From contig OX337228.1 of assembly GCA_946965045.2 (NCBI GenBank), positions 4,030,001 to 4,094,000 on the forward strand: DNA of 64,000 nucleotides. Direction: 5' to 3'. The notes under the pieces are model-generated. The model was given only the letters and a program-made list of their open reading frames with translations, made no database searches and was not told where the DNA came from. Position numbers and translations under genes: made by a program. Of the stretch, positions 43,518-53,840 are shown in pieces (position 1 is the first letter of the stretch; every line of letters starts with the position of its first letter). This stretch comes from Epithemia pelagica. Taxonomy: Eukaryota > Protista > Bacillariophyta.

Positions 43518-46500
43518 ATGACGACCTCGAATGGAAGTGCCATGGCCGAATTGGAAGCCTTTCTTCAAAGGACACCGCCAAACTGGTCGTCGTCCTCACA
43601 GATGGGAACCAATCCCATGGCCATTGCACACGCGGCCCTGGAATACCTGCGAGACTCGGGCGATGAACAATATTTGTTTCTACACGTGATTCTCGAATTG
43701 GCCACTCGACGTCAACAATCACTACCAACATCGACAAACACTGGTACATCCCTGGCTCCCGTTTTTTCTGGTCACGAAGAAGAACTCTTATTCCATTGCA
43801 TCACCGGATGTCGACAAGTCGCATTATGGCATTACAAATCCAAATACTCGATCCACTTTCTTCAAACCCTGCGTGATTTTATCATGATTCTTGGATTTGA
43901 ACCGACCATCTGTCGCCATGGAACCATTCAAATGGCCTGCTTCACAACCAGTGCCGCGTTGTGGAAGAGAGGGTGGAATGCAAACCAACAATTACAAAAT
44001 CAGACCAATAAACCTGTCCGCAACTCCGAACCCAGCATGGCTCAGCAACAACAGTCACAACACGACAATGACGCTGGTGTTCCATCGACGCCCGAACAAG
44101 AGAGACTAATTCAAGCTATGGTCCATCTCACTACCAGTAGTGTTGACAATGCATCCTGGGCTCCCCATTTACTCCACAAGTTGGGACAAAACCCGGAGGA
44201 GTTGTGGAAGTGTATGGAGCAGTTGATTCAATCGCAATCTCCACCTCTGGTCGAATCAACTGCGAGGTTTCTTCAAGCCTTGGTGACCGAGTTTGTGGGC
44301 AAGTCCGCAGTCAGCTACCGACTGCCACTGGAATACCACAAACAGGCCCATCGAACGTTTGAGCGGCAGGGCGGGCTCACCAAAACGGCACATTTGGCTC
44401 TGACGGCCCTGAGCAATGTCCTACAGCCACTCGCCGCGTGCGGCGCTACCGGATCAACGACTCCATCGATGCCCGACGTACCCGAGTCGGTTGCTTTGGC
44501 AGTTGTGCAATGCACCCTGGAGTGTCTGGGATGGGAATTTGGTTTGGCCGCCTGGGATATTGGAAAGTTAGGGGCTGCAGCAGCCACGGCGGGACGGTCG
44601 ACCTTGCGGCTCCCGGTAGAATGGAAGACAGTACTGCGTCCCCTTCCAGTGGTAGAAGCACTGTTGCATGTCATTTTAAAATTGCATACGTCCACGGCGA
44701 GTCATACTCCATTGGCCCAGAGTTTGCGACAACTACTTCTCACCATGGCATCCCTAACCGGTCCAATTTTTCAAGATGTACAAGAACGAAAACAATATGC
44801 CTCCATCTTGCTTGAGGGAACTCTTCAATTGATACAAAGAGTTGACACACAAACAGAAAACTCATTTCTGCTCGATACACTTCAACTCTTGGGACGCCTC
44901 GTGGCCAACTATCGATTGTCGGTCTTGGCCGAACTAGCGTCGTCCCTCAACCCTGTCTTGCAGGGCATGGCATTGGTTGGAGAAAAGCTCCTACATGACC
45001 AAATCCGCGAATGCGAACGCGTCGGGGGCAATCTGGAGGAAATGGATTTGCGGGAATGGCGGGAAGAGGCATTGTCCGTCCTACTCATGGACTGTGCCGT
45101 ATTGTTGGCATCGGATCCCTGGCTCATGTATTCCGGCACGGAAACCACTCGTCGACAAGCACAAAAACACTTGGCTTCGTTGTTACTAGGCCCACTCTAT
45201 CGAGGAATGGTCGAATGTCGAACACGCATGGCAGCTCTCGAAGAACGGCATCTGGTATCCCAAGAAGCAGAATTGGACGAGGTTAAAGAAGAAATCCAGG
45301 CATTTGATTTGGAAGAAGAATTGGAAGGTGTATCGGCCGTTGGTCGATTGCACTTGGAATCGGCCTTGGCCTGTTTGGCCGAACGACATGGACAAATCAT
45401 GCCAGGTTTACAAGCCGTATGGGGAGAGAATGGACAAAATCGATCTACAGTAGTCACTGCCGAGATTGCTGGCCTCTTAGAAGAAGCGCGGCTCTGGACG
45501 CTGTACGTTAGCCATTTATTGACGGACGATAATAAAGGAGAAACTCCGGAAATACCGATGGCCGTATTGCAAGCTTGTCAAGAAGAATATGACCTTTCCA
45601 CTCAGCAACCAGAGCAACAGCAACTTCAATCTCCCTCTGTGAGCACCAGTATAGTATCGGCCGTACAGGCATTGATGCAGTTTGCCGAAGCACTGATGCA
45701 ACGTGTAGCAGCAAATCCTTCGGATCTACGACTTTCACCCATGTTGGCAAAGACATTTTTGGAGTTTTTGCAACGCTGGGCACCAGCGTACGTCTTTCCA
45801 GAAATGCATGGAAGTACATATACAGGGAATCCCATTATCGATGCATGGTCGAAACCGGAGGAGGCTCAGCAGGCGGTCTCCTTTTGTCTTAACCTGAGTC
45901 TACATTATCAATGCCACTGGCCTCAAGAACGGATTGTTCAAGATGAGGCCAACAAACTCTTGTTTGCCATGGTTCGGAGAGGAGGCAAACTACGGCAAGT
46001 CGTGGTGGCCTCGCCCGTATTTCTGGAAATGGTCAAATTTCATTGTTTGACAGCCGGTATGTGCCATGCCATTTCATCGGAACAAGAGTTTGAAGCCATA
46101 GTGCGAAACAAGTTTGCGGGTGAAAGTGCTTGGCTTACCGCCAACATATCGTGGATGATGGTTCGTGGATACCAACGACTTTCGTACAAGGATCGAGCAA
46201 AGACTTTTGCTACCATTTTGATTGCTTGTAGTGATACGTCCGATGCCACGTCTGTTCGCCTCTTTAATGACTCCATCAAGTTCGTAGTGGAATCCTTCTC
46301 CTCGCTTACACAAGCGCTTGCCAACTCTAAGCTGAGCAGCACAGACGTCATCAAAGCCCGGGAGCTTACTTGTTTGTGCCTTGCCATGTTGTACGGTATC
46401 ACCGATGCCAGTGAGATGAAAGACTCCGACCGTATTCCACAATTGATAACCCCTTTGCTTCCTTCGTTGGCTGGTCTGATGTCTCATTACGGCGCCGATC

Positions 46501-47429
46501 TGACGGTGTGCGAGAGTTTGCTGCAACTCTTCCAAAACTATGCAGCACAGTTTGTTGTTCTTCTCAACAAAGAACAAAGCCTAAGCCTCTTTCAAGCTTC
46601 AGCAGATCTGCTAAAGAGCTACTCAAAGCATCATTGTGCCAATCGCGTTATTCACAAGTCCACTGCGGAGGCCGAAGCTGAGGAAGAACAGGCCTACAAT
46701 GACATTTTGTGCGCCATTCAGTTATTGGTAAATTTGGGAGCCAAGGATTTCATTGACGCCTGTAGCATATCTGTAGATGGAGGAATCGAATCAGGTCAAG
46801 TCACTGATATGATCTTCTTTGGATTGCAACAATTATTGCCACTCATGACCCAAGGTCTATTACAGTTTCCGACTCTGTGCACGCAGTTCTTTGAATTGGT
46901 TGGTTTCATGATGGACACGTATCCCGAAAAGGTATGTCAGATTCCCTTCGATGTATTCCAGCCGCTAGTACAAGCGCTCTTGTTCGGTATGAGTCATCAT
47001 GATGTGAATGTGGCCAACTCGTCCTTGCGTGGACTCTCCAGCATTGCCCGAGAGCACGTTGATAACCAAATTCTCCAACCGATCCTGACCCACCAAGCAC
47101 CCGATCTATGGGACCAGTGTCTTCAGCGATTGTTTGCTGATGTGATTTTTCGTCCGGTGATTGTGGACCGAATGGAATCAGCTGGAATGGCGTTACTCGT
47201 CGTGGCAGCGGCCAACCGCAATCGTTTGCCAATGACCTTGACGCACATTTGTGAACAATCGTATCAACGGGACAACCGCCTGAAAGAAGCATTGAGCAAA
47301 CTCTTGACAGCGGAGCGACTCAATAATGTTTCCTTGTCCGGATATGACGGACGAATGAACTTCGTTCTCTTCCGAGACGCGTTCCAAGAGTTTGTCACAC
47401 AAATCCAATCGTTCTTGATGACAAGGTAG
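43518..47429 (+). CDS. XPO4: Exportin-4-like karyopherin
   Basis: 1303-aa helical ORF; LPLEYHKQAHRTFE, MASLTGPIF, and LLQFPTLCTQFFELVGFMMDTYPEKV resemble exportin-4. Confidence 0.75.
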   Translation: MTTSNGSAMAELEAFLQRTPPNWSSSSQMGTNPMAIAHAALEYLRDSGDEQYLFLHVILELATRRQQSLPTSTNTGTSLAPVFSGHEEELLFHCITGCRQVALWHYKSKYSIHFLQTLRDFIMILGFEPTICRHGTIQMACFTTSAALWKRGWNANQQLQNQTNKPVRNSEPSMAQQQQSQHDNDAGVPSTPEQERLIQAMVHLTTSSVDNASWAPHLLHKLGQNPEELWKCMEQLIQSQSPPLVESTARFLQALVTEFVGKSAVSYRLPLEYHKQAHRTFERQGGLTKTAHLALTALSNVLQPLAACGATGSTTPSMPDVPESVALAVVQCTLECLGWEFGLAAWDIGKLGAAAATAGRSTLRLPVEWKTVLRPLPVVEALLHVILKLHTSTASHTPLAQSLRQLLLTMASLTGPIFQDVQERKQYASILLEGTLQLIQRVDTQTENSFLLDTLQLLGRLVANYRLSVLAELASSLNPVLQGMALVGEKLLHDQIRECERVGGNLEEMDLREWREEALSVLLMDCAVLLASDPWLMYSGTETTRRQAQKHLASLLLGPLYRGMVECRTRMAALEERHLVSQEAELDEVKEEIQAFDLEEELEGVSAVGRLHLESALACLAERHGQIMPGLQAVWGENGQNRSTVVTAEIAGLLEEARLWTLYVSHLLTDDNKGETPEIPMAVLQACQEEYDLSTQQPEQQQLQSPSVSTSIVSAVQALMQFAEALMQRVAANPSDLRLSPMLAKTFLEFLQRWAPAYVFPEMHGSTYTGNPIIDAWSKPEEAQQAVSFCLNLSLHYQCHWPQERIVQDEANKLLFAMVRRGGKLRQVVVASPVFLEMVKFHCLTAGMCHAISSEQEFEAIVRNKFAGESAWLTANISWMMVRGYQRLSYKDRAKTFATILIACSDTSDATSVRLFNDSIKFVVESFSSLTQALANSKLSSTDVIKARELTCLCLAMLYGITDASEMKDSDRIPQLITPLLPSLAGLMSHYGADLTVCESLLQLFQNYAAQFVVLLNKEQSLSLFQASADLLKSYSKHHCANRVIHKSTAEAEAEEEQAYNDILCAIQLLVNLGAKDFIDACSISVDGGIESGQVTDMIFFGLQQLLPLMTQGLLQFPTLCTQFFELVGFMMDTYPEKVCQIPFDVFQPLVQALLFGMSHHDVNVANSSLRGLSSIAREHVDNQILQPILTHQAPDLWDQCLQRLFADVIFRPVIVDRMESAGMALLVVAAANRNRLPMTLTHICEQSYQRDNRLKEALSKLLTAERLNNVSLSGYDGRMNFVLFRDAFQEFVTQIQSFLMTR

Positions 47430-47567
47430 CATAGATCATACAGCTAGTCGTGGTTATATCGACGCATATAAAATTTTGGCTATTTGAACCATCATGCGGA
47501 TTGATAATCGCATAAACGCAAAATACTCCTATGTAACAACAACGTTTCTACTAGCACTCTTCGTTAG

Positions 47568-48022
47568 TTAGAAACCACCACCCAAAAACATATTCACACG
47601 TTGCATGATATAATCTTGTTCTGGGTCATACGGATGTTCTTTGGAAGGAATCTCCAATACAGTGGGAATTGTTTGGTTGTAATCCTTGAGAACATGTCGA
47701 ATATCGTTCGCCACATGTTGGTTGATCAGGATAATGCCTACATCATCCCGAGTGGAGAACCGACGAAATGCATCTTCTACTTGACTCATCTTGGTATCTT
47801 GCTTTACGATGAGGAAATTGGATCCATTGGCATTTCGATGTCCGACTCCTGCCAACAGGAAGCCTGTCACTGTATCCTGACAGGACACGAAACCAGTTAG
47901 ACAACAGCAATATCTGAAGGAAACGAAAACAAGAGCAGCACAACTGTGATTCAACAACTTACTTCATCACCAATAACTGCGATTACCTTTCCAACTTCCT
48001 GTTTTGAAACACAAACAGACAT
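47568..48022 (-). CDS. ATP6V1F: V-type proton ATPase subunit F; intron 47962-47877
   Basis: Exon 1 MSVCVSKQEVGKVIAVIGDE joins exon 2 DTVTGFLLAGVG...IILINQHVANDIR...PTVLEIPSKEHPYDP. Confidence 0.95.
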
Positions 48023-48755
48023 GATTAAGAACCGACACAATGAACGCAAGGGCCAAAATCGACTTGGAGTACATCAAATACCAATGCTAGGCACAAGAAT
48101 GGCATTGGCCGTTGAATGCGAAAAGGTTGCTTTCCAACATCGAAAATTCAAGGAACCATCGACCATATACGCCTTCGATCGTTCCCTTGAGATATCTACT
48201 CCACACTCTTCCATCATAGGAACCATGGAATCGAAAGGTGGGGTTTCGCGCAATCGGAGATGGAGAAAATGCATCCGTGGTCGACAACAGCAGAAAACTG
48301 ATGCACGAAAAGTCGGGATGTCTTCCCTCACCCAAGAAGCAAGCGCGCAATCATACAGTCCAAATGCTCACGCCAGCACTTCAGGCTGTACGTCCTTTCT
48401 TTGTTTTCTACATACCATTGTCAATGTAGAGACGTTCGATTATTTTTGCCGTTGGTCGCAGTGAACTGACCGATGGACCACAAAAAACCAAAGACGAAAT
48501 TGACTCGTGACCTAACCCAAACTACTCCTAACATGAGCTATAGCTTGCCCGTAGTGTGTCATCGTATATAGTTCTGTCCTCATTTCCCATAAGATCTAAA
48601 ACTACCACCAGAAGGAGTAGAAACGAATGACATCGGAGCAGGATCTACCTAGAAATAGAACATGCCAGGGGAGTAGGACGCACACTTACAGAAAGCAAAG
48701 TCATTTGAGTCTAAGTGGCTACCGAGCCCTGGCGTGTCCCGCGAAATCATCTGGC

Positions 48756-48801
48756 AACATCGAACAAGTCGTCATGGCAAACATCGAACAAGTCGTCATG
48801 G
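48756..48801. repeat. 24-bp-period local duplication
   Basis: AACATCGAACAAGTCGTCATGG at 48756-48777 and 48780-48801. Confidence 0.85.
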
Positions 48802-48868
48802 GGTCATCAGACACAGGATATCAATAGTTACGAGCATGATCAGTAAGATATGGTTGTGGATTGGGTAT

Positions 48869-51304
48869 TCAGGACGGCATGGAAGATATGGAAGTCTTCT
48901 CGCTTTTACTCGTTCCCAATAAATCTTCCAGAATGAGGTGAGGATCCTTGGCACCTCCGTGAATCAAGAGTTTGTGCCAAAATTCTTGTCCAGTGGGGAG
49001 ATGAAGGCAATTGTTTTGAAACTTTATCTTCCAAATTTCTTGAGCAAATTCTTGAGCATACAAGTAACTATAGTATCCGGCGCCGTACGTAATGAGATGA
49101 CCAAATCGACTGTGCCAATGAGTTCCGGGTACGTAAGGGACCTGCAATTGATTGTGGGTCTGGGCCAAAAGATCTGTCGAAGATTCGAGGGAAAATGCCA
49201 TGGAATCGGTCGCTGCTCGTGACGATGACGGTACTCCAAACAGGGCTTGATCATACAGGGCATAGAGGATTTGCGTTTGTCGTTCCAAAGCATGCAGTTG
49301 ATACCGTGATTGCACCAGTTTGGTGATCAATTCATCAGGAATGGGTTCCCCAGTATGCTGATCCACAGCCAAGAGTTTTAGAAAGGTCGGATCCCAAACA
49401 AAATTTTCAATCACATGAGATGGTGTTTCCACAAAGTCCATGGCTGTACGTGTACCCGATACATGTTGAAAACTGGTCCGACTCAGCAAGGAGTGCAGGG
49501 CATGACCCATTTCATGAAACAAGGTTTCGACTTCCCCATGAGACAAGGCGCCGGAGGACGATGACAAGTTACAAACTAAGGCAACAATCGGAAGTTGATG
49601 GAGGGGTTCTTCATGCTGTTGCGATCCATTGACAACGCAGCCACAACGAACCGTGAAATGTGCGGCGTGTCCAAATTTGCCCGGCCGAGGGTGCAAATCC
49701 AAGTACATGGTTCCCAAAGGGCGCTCCGTTTCGCGTTCGTGAGCCACAAAGCACCGAACTCGTTCGTCTTCATTGTCACCATCCTCGATTCCATCCCACC
49801 GATCGGCTGGTGCAATTGGATGCTCTACCAGTTCAATACCAAACACGTCTCGACACAAAAGTTGAATTGCCTCCAAACAATGTTTCAAAGACAAGTATCG
49901 TGAAACTTCATGGGGGTTATAACCTGACTCTGCCTTGAGGCAGGTGGTTACATATGGAATATCCCATGGCTGTACGGCAGAGCCATCTGTTGCCCCTTCC
50001 ATGTGTTGTTTGGCTTTCGCGATCATTTGTAATTCCTGTAGATAGACGGGTGTATTGCGGTGAGCCAACTCAGTCAAAAATGTTTGAACTGCTTGGGTGG
50101 AGGTGGCCATTTTATTATTGGCCACGACACGATCGGCAAACGATTCGTATCCCAAGGTTCGAGCCAATTGATGCCGTTCGTTACGTAATTGTTGCAAGAC
50201 GGTAAAATTTTCCGGAACAGCCGTATGATATTCCATATAAACTTGTTTTCGCAACGATGGGGAGGGAGAATACTTCAAGAGTGTCTGCAAAAGTTGAGAA
50301 TTGCTTGTCATTTGAAGTAAATCATCCATATTGCTGTTGTTCTTGTTGTCGTTTGTCGCAGATGATCCATCCGCCCTGGGTGAAGTTATACCAAACATTG
50401 CCGTAAGAACATGCCGAGGAACAATGGCTTCGACTTCCGAACGTGGTGCCAGAAAGGTTCGATGCCAGTCAATCAAGTTTTGTTGAAATTGACCTTCCAA
50501 CTGGACGATGGAATTTTGAATCTCTCGTACTTGGTTTCGGGTAGCATCAGGCAGATGGATGCCGTCGTGTTCAAATTCGGCTTGCAACAAACGAGCAAAG
50601 CGTTGCTGTTCCTCCGTCAAGTGAGGATACCATGCATTCATCCCACGCAAGGCCTTGTACAAATGGACATTGCCATTTAACTGTCCAATGTAATCACTCA
50701 AGATCGTGAAGGCTTCTTGTGCCGCCTGCCTCCATTCCACATTGGCATGTGTACTCCGACACAATTCGGCCGCATCAATGACATTGCAAACGACTCGACT
50801 GATCTCATCCAATTGATACAAGGTTTGAACGGCTTCTTTTGAAGATTCAACGGTGCTACTGTCGTCCATCTTCTGAAAGACTGCACACAAGTCATCGCAA
50901 GTCTTCATGGCTTGTTGCGCCAACAATGGAAAGCTTGTTGGCTCCAAGAGTTGGGGTATCGAATACAGCCCCTGACGGCCTCCGACGCTTCCATTCTGCT
51001 GCTCCATTTGCGATGAAGTATTAGAGGTAATTTTCCTCCATGGTTGCCTCCATTTTAACGCGACATGTCGTGAGAATCGCTGTCCCTGCTTTATCATGCT
51101 TGATCTCATTTTTCTATTTCTTTTTCGTGGTTGTGGCCGAATAAGTGACTGGTGACTGGTGAGATCATCTAGCAGGAACCAGTCCCGTAAAGCCCGAATT
51201 AAACTCGGGCCTTTGATCCATGGGGATGGGGAGGAATCAGCAGCCCGGTAGGTTGAGGTGGACGGGTACGGGCGGGAAGAGGAGAAGAGCGCGCGGGCTT
51301 TCAT
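48869..51304 (-). CDS. MIPEP: Mitochondrial intermediate peptidase (M3A metallopeptidase)
   Basis: HGEVETLFHEMGHALHSLLSRT.FQHVSGTR.AMDFVETPS (HEXXH), YLDLHPRPGK, HLITYGAGYYSYL; basic N-terminal presequence. Confidence 0.92.
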   Translation of the reverse strand: MKARALFSSSRPYPSTSTYRAADSSPSPWIKGPSLIRALRDWFLLDDLTSHQSLIRPQPRKRNRKMRSSMIKQGQRFSRHVALKWRQPWRKITSNTSSQMEQQNGSVGGRQGLYSIPQLLEPTSFPLLAQQAMKTCDDLCAVFQKMDDSSTVESSKEAVQTLYQLDEISRVVCNVIDAAELCRSTHANVEWRQAAQEAFTILSDYIGQLNGNVHLYKALRGMNAWYPHLTEEQQRFARLLQAEFEHDGIHLPDATRNQVREIQNSIVQLEGQFQQNLIDWHRTFLAPRSEVEAIVPRHVLTAMFGITSPRADGSSATNDNKNNSNMDDLLQMTSNSQLLQTLLKYSPSPSLRKQVYMEYHTAVPENFTVLQQLRNERHQLARTLGYESFADRVVANNKMATSTQAVQTFLTELAHRNTPVYLQELQMIAKAKQHMEGATDGSAVQPWDIPYVTTCLKAESGYNPHEVSRYLSLKHCLEAIQLLCRDVFGIELVEHPIAPADRWDGIEDGDNEDERVRCFVAHERETERPLGTMYLDLHPRPGKFGHAAHFTVRCGCVVNGSQQHEEPLHQLPIVALVCNLSSSSGALSHGEVETLFHEMGHALHSLLSRTSFQHVSGTRTAMDFVETPSHVIENFVWDPTFLKLLAVDQHTGEPIPDELITKLVQSRYQLHALERQTQILYALYDQALFGVPSSSRAATDSMAFSLESSTDLLAQTHNQLQVPYVPGTHWHSRFGHLITYGAGYYSYLYAQEFAQEIWKIKFQNNCLHLPTGQEFWHKLLIHGGAKDPHLILEDLLGTSKSEKTSISSMPS

Positions 51305-51647
51305 CAGTGTGAGTGGGTAGAGCTAGGTGGATGGACTCTGGAACTTCGCTCCAGCTATTAGCGATCACATTAGGTCAATAGATGTTTGTAGGAGCAAATG
51401 CATACAGGAGTATCATGCAAGCAACCTATTGGCATTGAGCAACAAAACTTTTACGGGAAGAACGACTAGATCATAAAAATGGAACAAGCCCACCTCGAAC
51501 GTCCCCGATGTACAGTAACGCAGTATGCCGCTCCTCTAATACGTGTCAGAAAAGACCTTCCAGATATGTGACATCTCTGTTGCGCAATGCATACCTAAAC
51601 AGGATCCTTAAAGTACAACCATGACACAACGGCTATATATCAAATAC

Positions 51648-53495
51648 TTAGTACCGAAAGACGGGCATCCCTGCCACGGCATCAACGGTGGACGATGCCG
51701 GTTGTTGTTTGGCAAACTCGTGTTGGACCACTTGTCGTGTCACCTTTTTCTGGATACGAGCCACTTGTCGTTCGTATCTCAGCGCTGCTTTCCGGGCTCG
51801 TTTCTCTGCCGAGGTTTCTTTTTTGGGACGAGCCGTACCCTTGTTGGTCGCAGTGGTGGATTGTGAAAAATGCGAGTGATCGTCGTTCATCTCAGTTTTT
51901 TGAATGGGCAAGGGCAAACCGGTTTTGTTGGAAAGATTAATTTGTACGTGGTCGTCATCCCGTGAAAGTCCATGTTGTTGCTGTCGTCGACGACGCCGAC
52001 TGCTAGTTTCGATTGTGACAGGCCGATGATCCAAATTCGAATAGGTCGATAATATGGATTCGCAGTCCCAGGGATTCCGTTCTCGTTCGTCCCAGTAGGA
52101 TCGAGTGCCATCGTCATTGACTTTGGAGGGAGGTGGTGGTTCCAGGGGTGGCTCGGCCAAGCGTGCCGAGGCCTCCGCCAAGACCACTGCGACCGGCACC
52201 GAGGGGGTGGTTGGGTCATTTTCTGTCAAGGGGTCGTTCCATTGGGATCCTCCCGAGACCATGCGTGTTCCCACCAAGGCGGAATAACCACTGCCACCTC
52301 CAGGAGCCATTGTCTGTTGATGTGTTTGTCGTCCCTGCATCAAAATCTCATCCTCTCGTTCGTACAAGAAATCATCCAAGACAGCCTCCATTTGAGGTGT
52401 CTCTTCCCAAGGTGTCTCACCGTTGCCTTCGTCCTTTTCATCATCCTCCTCGTCATCATCATCGTCGTACTCCAACAAGGTTTGCTCAAATTTTTGTCGC
52501 AAGGCACGTTCTTCGTCGGGCGAGAGTTTGGCGACAGTTCCAGGCAATGTCGGTCGTGTCCCCATGGTTGTGGTGGTTGGACATGTCGACGGATCCTCCT
52601 CCTCCAGAATAGTCTCGTCCAGATTGGCAAACGAATCATCATCGTCGTCGTCTCGTTCGTCGTGTCGTGGCAAGGCCTTGTCAAAAAAGGCGGCATCGCG
52701 ACGAGCCCATTCATGATGGTCGTACGAGGATTTGTCAGTAGCAGCTGTCTCTTGTTCTCGTTCTTGTCGCGCCTTGCGCATCAAGTTTTGTATATGAGCA
52801 TCAAAATCAAAGCCTCCATCCTCTGTGGGAGCACTGGAGTCGTTGTGGAGTTCAGGTTCGGCAGCTGCTTGCAAGACAAAGTCATCGTCCAAGGCTTCCC
52901 ATTGATCCCAAAAGCCTTCTTCTTGTTGTTGTTGGTTGTTATTGTCATTGTCATGAGACGGACCGTCCCCGTTGTCTTCATGATACAAAATGGCCGCCAT
53001 ATCTTCATCCAAAGCTTGTAACAAGGGAATATTGTCGACTGGATTGGACACTTCGAGCAAGTCGGCATCTACCAAGGAGGGAGTGTCGGTTTCACGCAAC
53101 GCATTGCTACCACCACCATGGGCAGCGACAAAAATGCCTTGTCCCGACATTTCCTTGACATACTTGTCCGGTGCAGCTTCTTCTTGTTCCAACAGCCCCA
53201 CTTGTTGCAATTTGCGTCGCCACGTGTCCAAACAATCCTGTTGGTTGTTCTTGCTGTTGCTTTGTGTGTTATTCAACGTCTGATTTTTTGGTTGAGACTG
53301 CAAGACAGCTTGATCGGTTGCGGGTAAGTTTCCTGGATCTGGCCACAAAATGAATTCAGCCACGGCCCCCGAAGAGTCCGGATTGTTGTCGTCGTCCTGC
53401 ATCAAGTGATGCTGGGAAACATCGCGCTGACTTCGATGCAATACATGATAGGTACTAGAGTTCTTGCGGTCAATAAAAGGCTTCTTTTTTCCCAT
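51648..53495 (-). CDS. LTV1: Ribosome biogenesis factor LTV1
   Basis: MGKKKPFIDRKNSSTYHVLHRSQRD, WDCESILSTYSNLDHRP, ETSAEKRARKAALRYERQVAR. Confidence 0.88.
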   Translation of the reverse strand: MGKKKPFIDRKNSSTYHVLHRSQRDVSQHHLMQDDDNNPDSSGAVAEFILWPDPGNLPATDQAVLQSQPKNQTLNNTQSNSKNNQQDCLDTWRRKLQQVGLLEQEEAAPDKYVKEMSGQGIFVAAHGGGSNALRETDTPSLVDADLLEVSNPVDNIPLLQALDEDMAAILYHEDNGDGPSHDNDNNNQQQQEEGFWDQWEALDDDFVLQAAAEPELHNDSSAPTEDGGFDFDAHIQNLMRKARQEREQETAATDKSSYDHHEWARRDAAFFDKALPRHDERDDDDDDSFANLDETILEEEDPSTCPTTTTMGTRPTLPGTVAKLSPDEERALRQKFEQTLLEYDDDDDEEDDEKDEGNGETPWEETPQMEAVLDDFLYEREDEILMQGRQTHQQTMAPGGGSGYSALVGTRMVSGGSQWNDPLTENDPTTPSVPVAVVLAEASARLAEPPLEPPPPSKVNDDGTRSYWDERERNPWDCESILSTYSNLDHRPVTIETSSRRRRRQQQHGLSRDDDHVQINLSNKTGLPLPIQKTEMNDDHSHFSQSTTATNKGTARPKKETSAEKRARKAALRYERQVARIQKKVTRQVVQHEFAKQQPASSTVDAVAGMPVFRY

Positions 53496-53840
53496 GACGG
53501 ATGATCTGCTCCTATTATAGGTTTCCGGTTTGTTTGGGTTTGGTTCTTTCCCTCTATGGACAATCGAGGGAGAAAAGAGCAGCACAAAAGCATGCAAACA
53601 AAAATGAACGCAATGAGTGGTGCGCTGTGTGGATCTGTGGATGGAGTGCGAGTGGGTGGTTTCGAGGGAAGTCGGTCGACGGCCTGACTTCATCCGCACG
53701 TTTCGCCATACCGAACACAGCTCCATTCTCGATGTCTCCATTGAAACTTGAAGCATCAAGCAAGTCTATCAGTGTGCCTATTGCAATTGTTTGGCCAAGG
53801 TTCTTTCTTTGAGCTTTGGTGATCGGCCGAGAAGGTCACC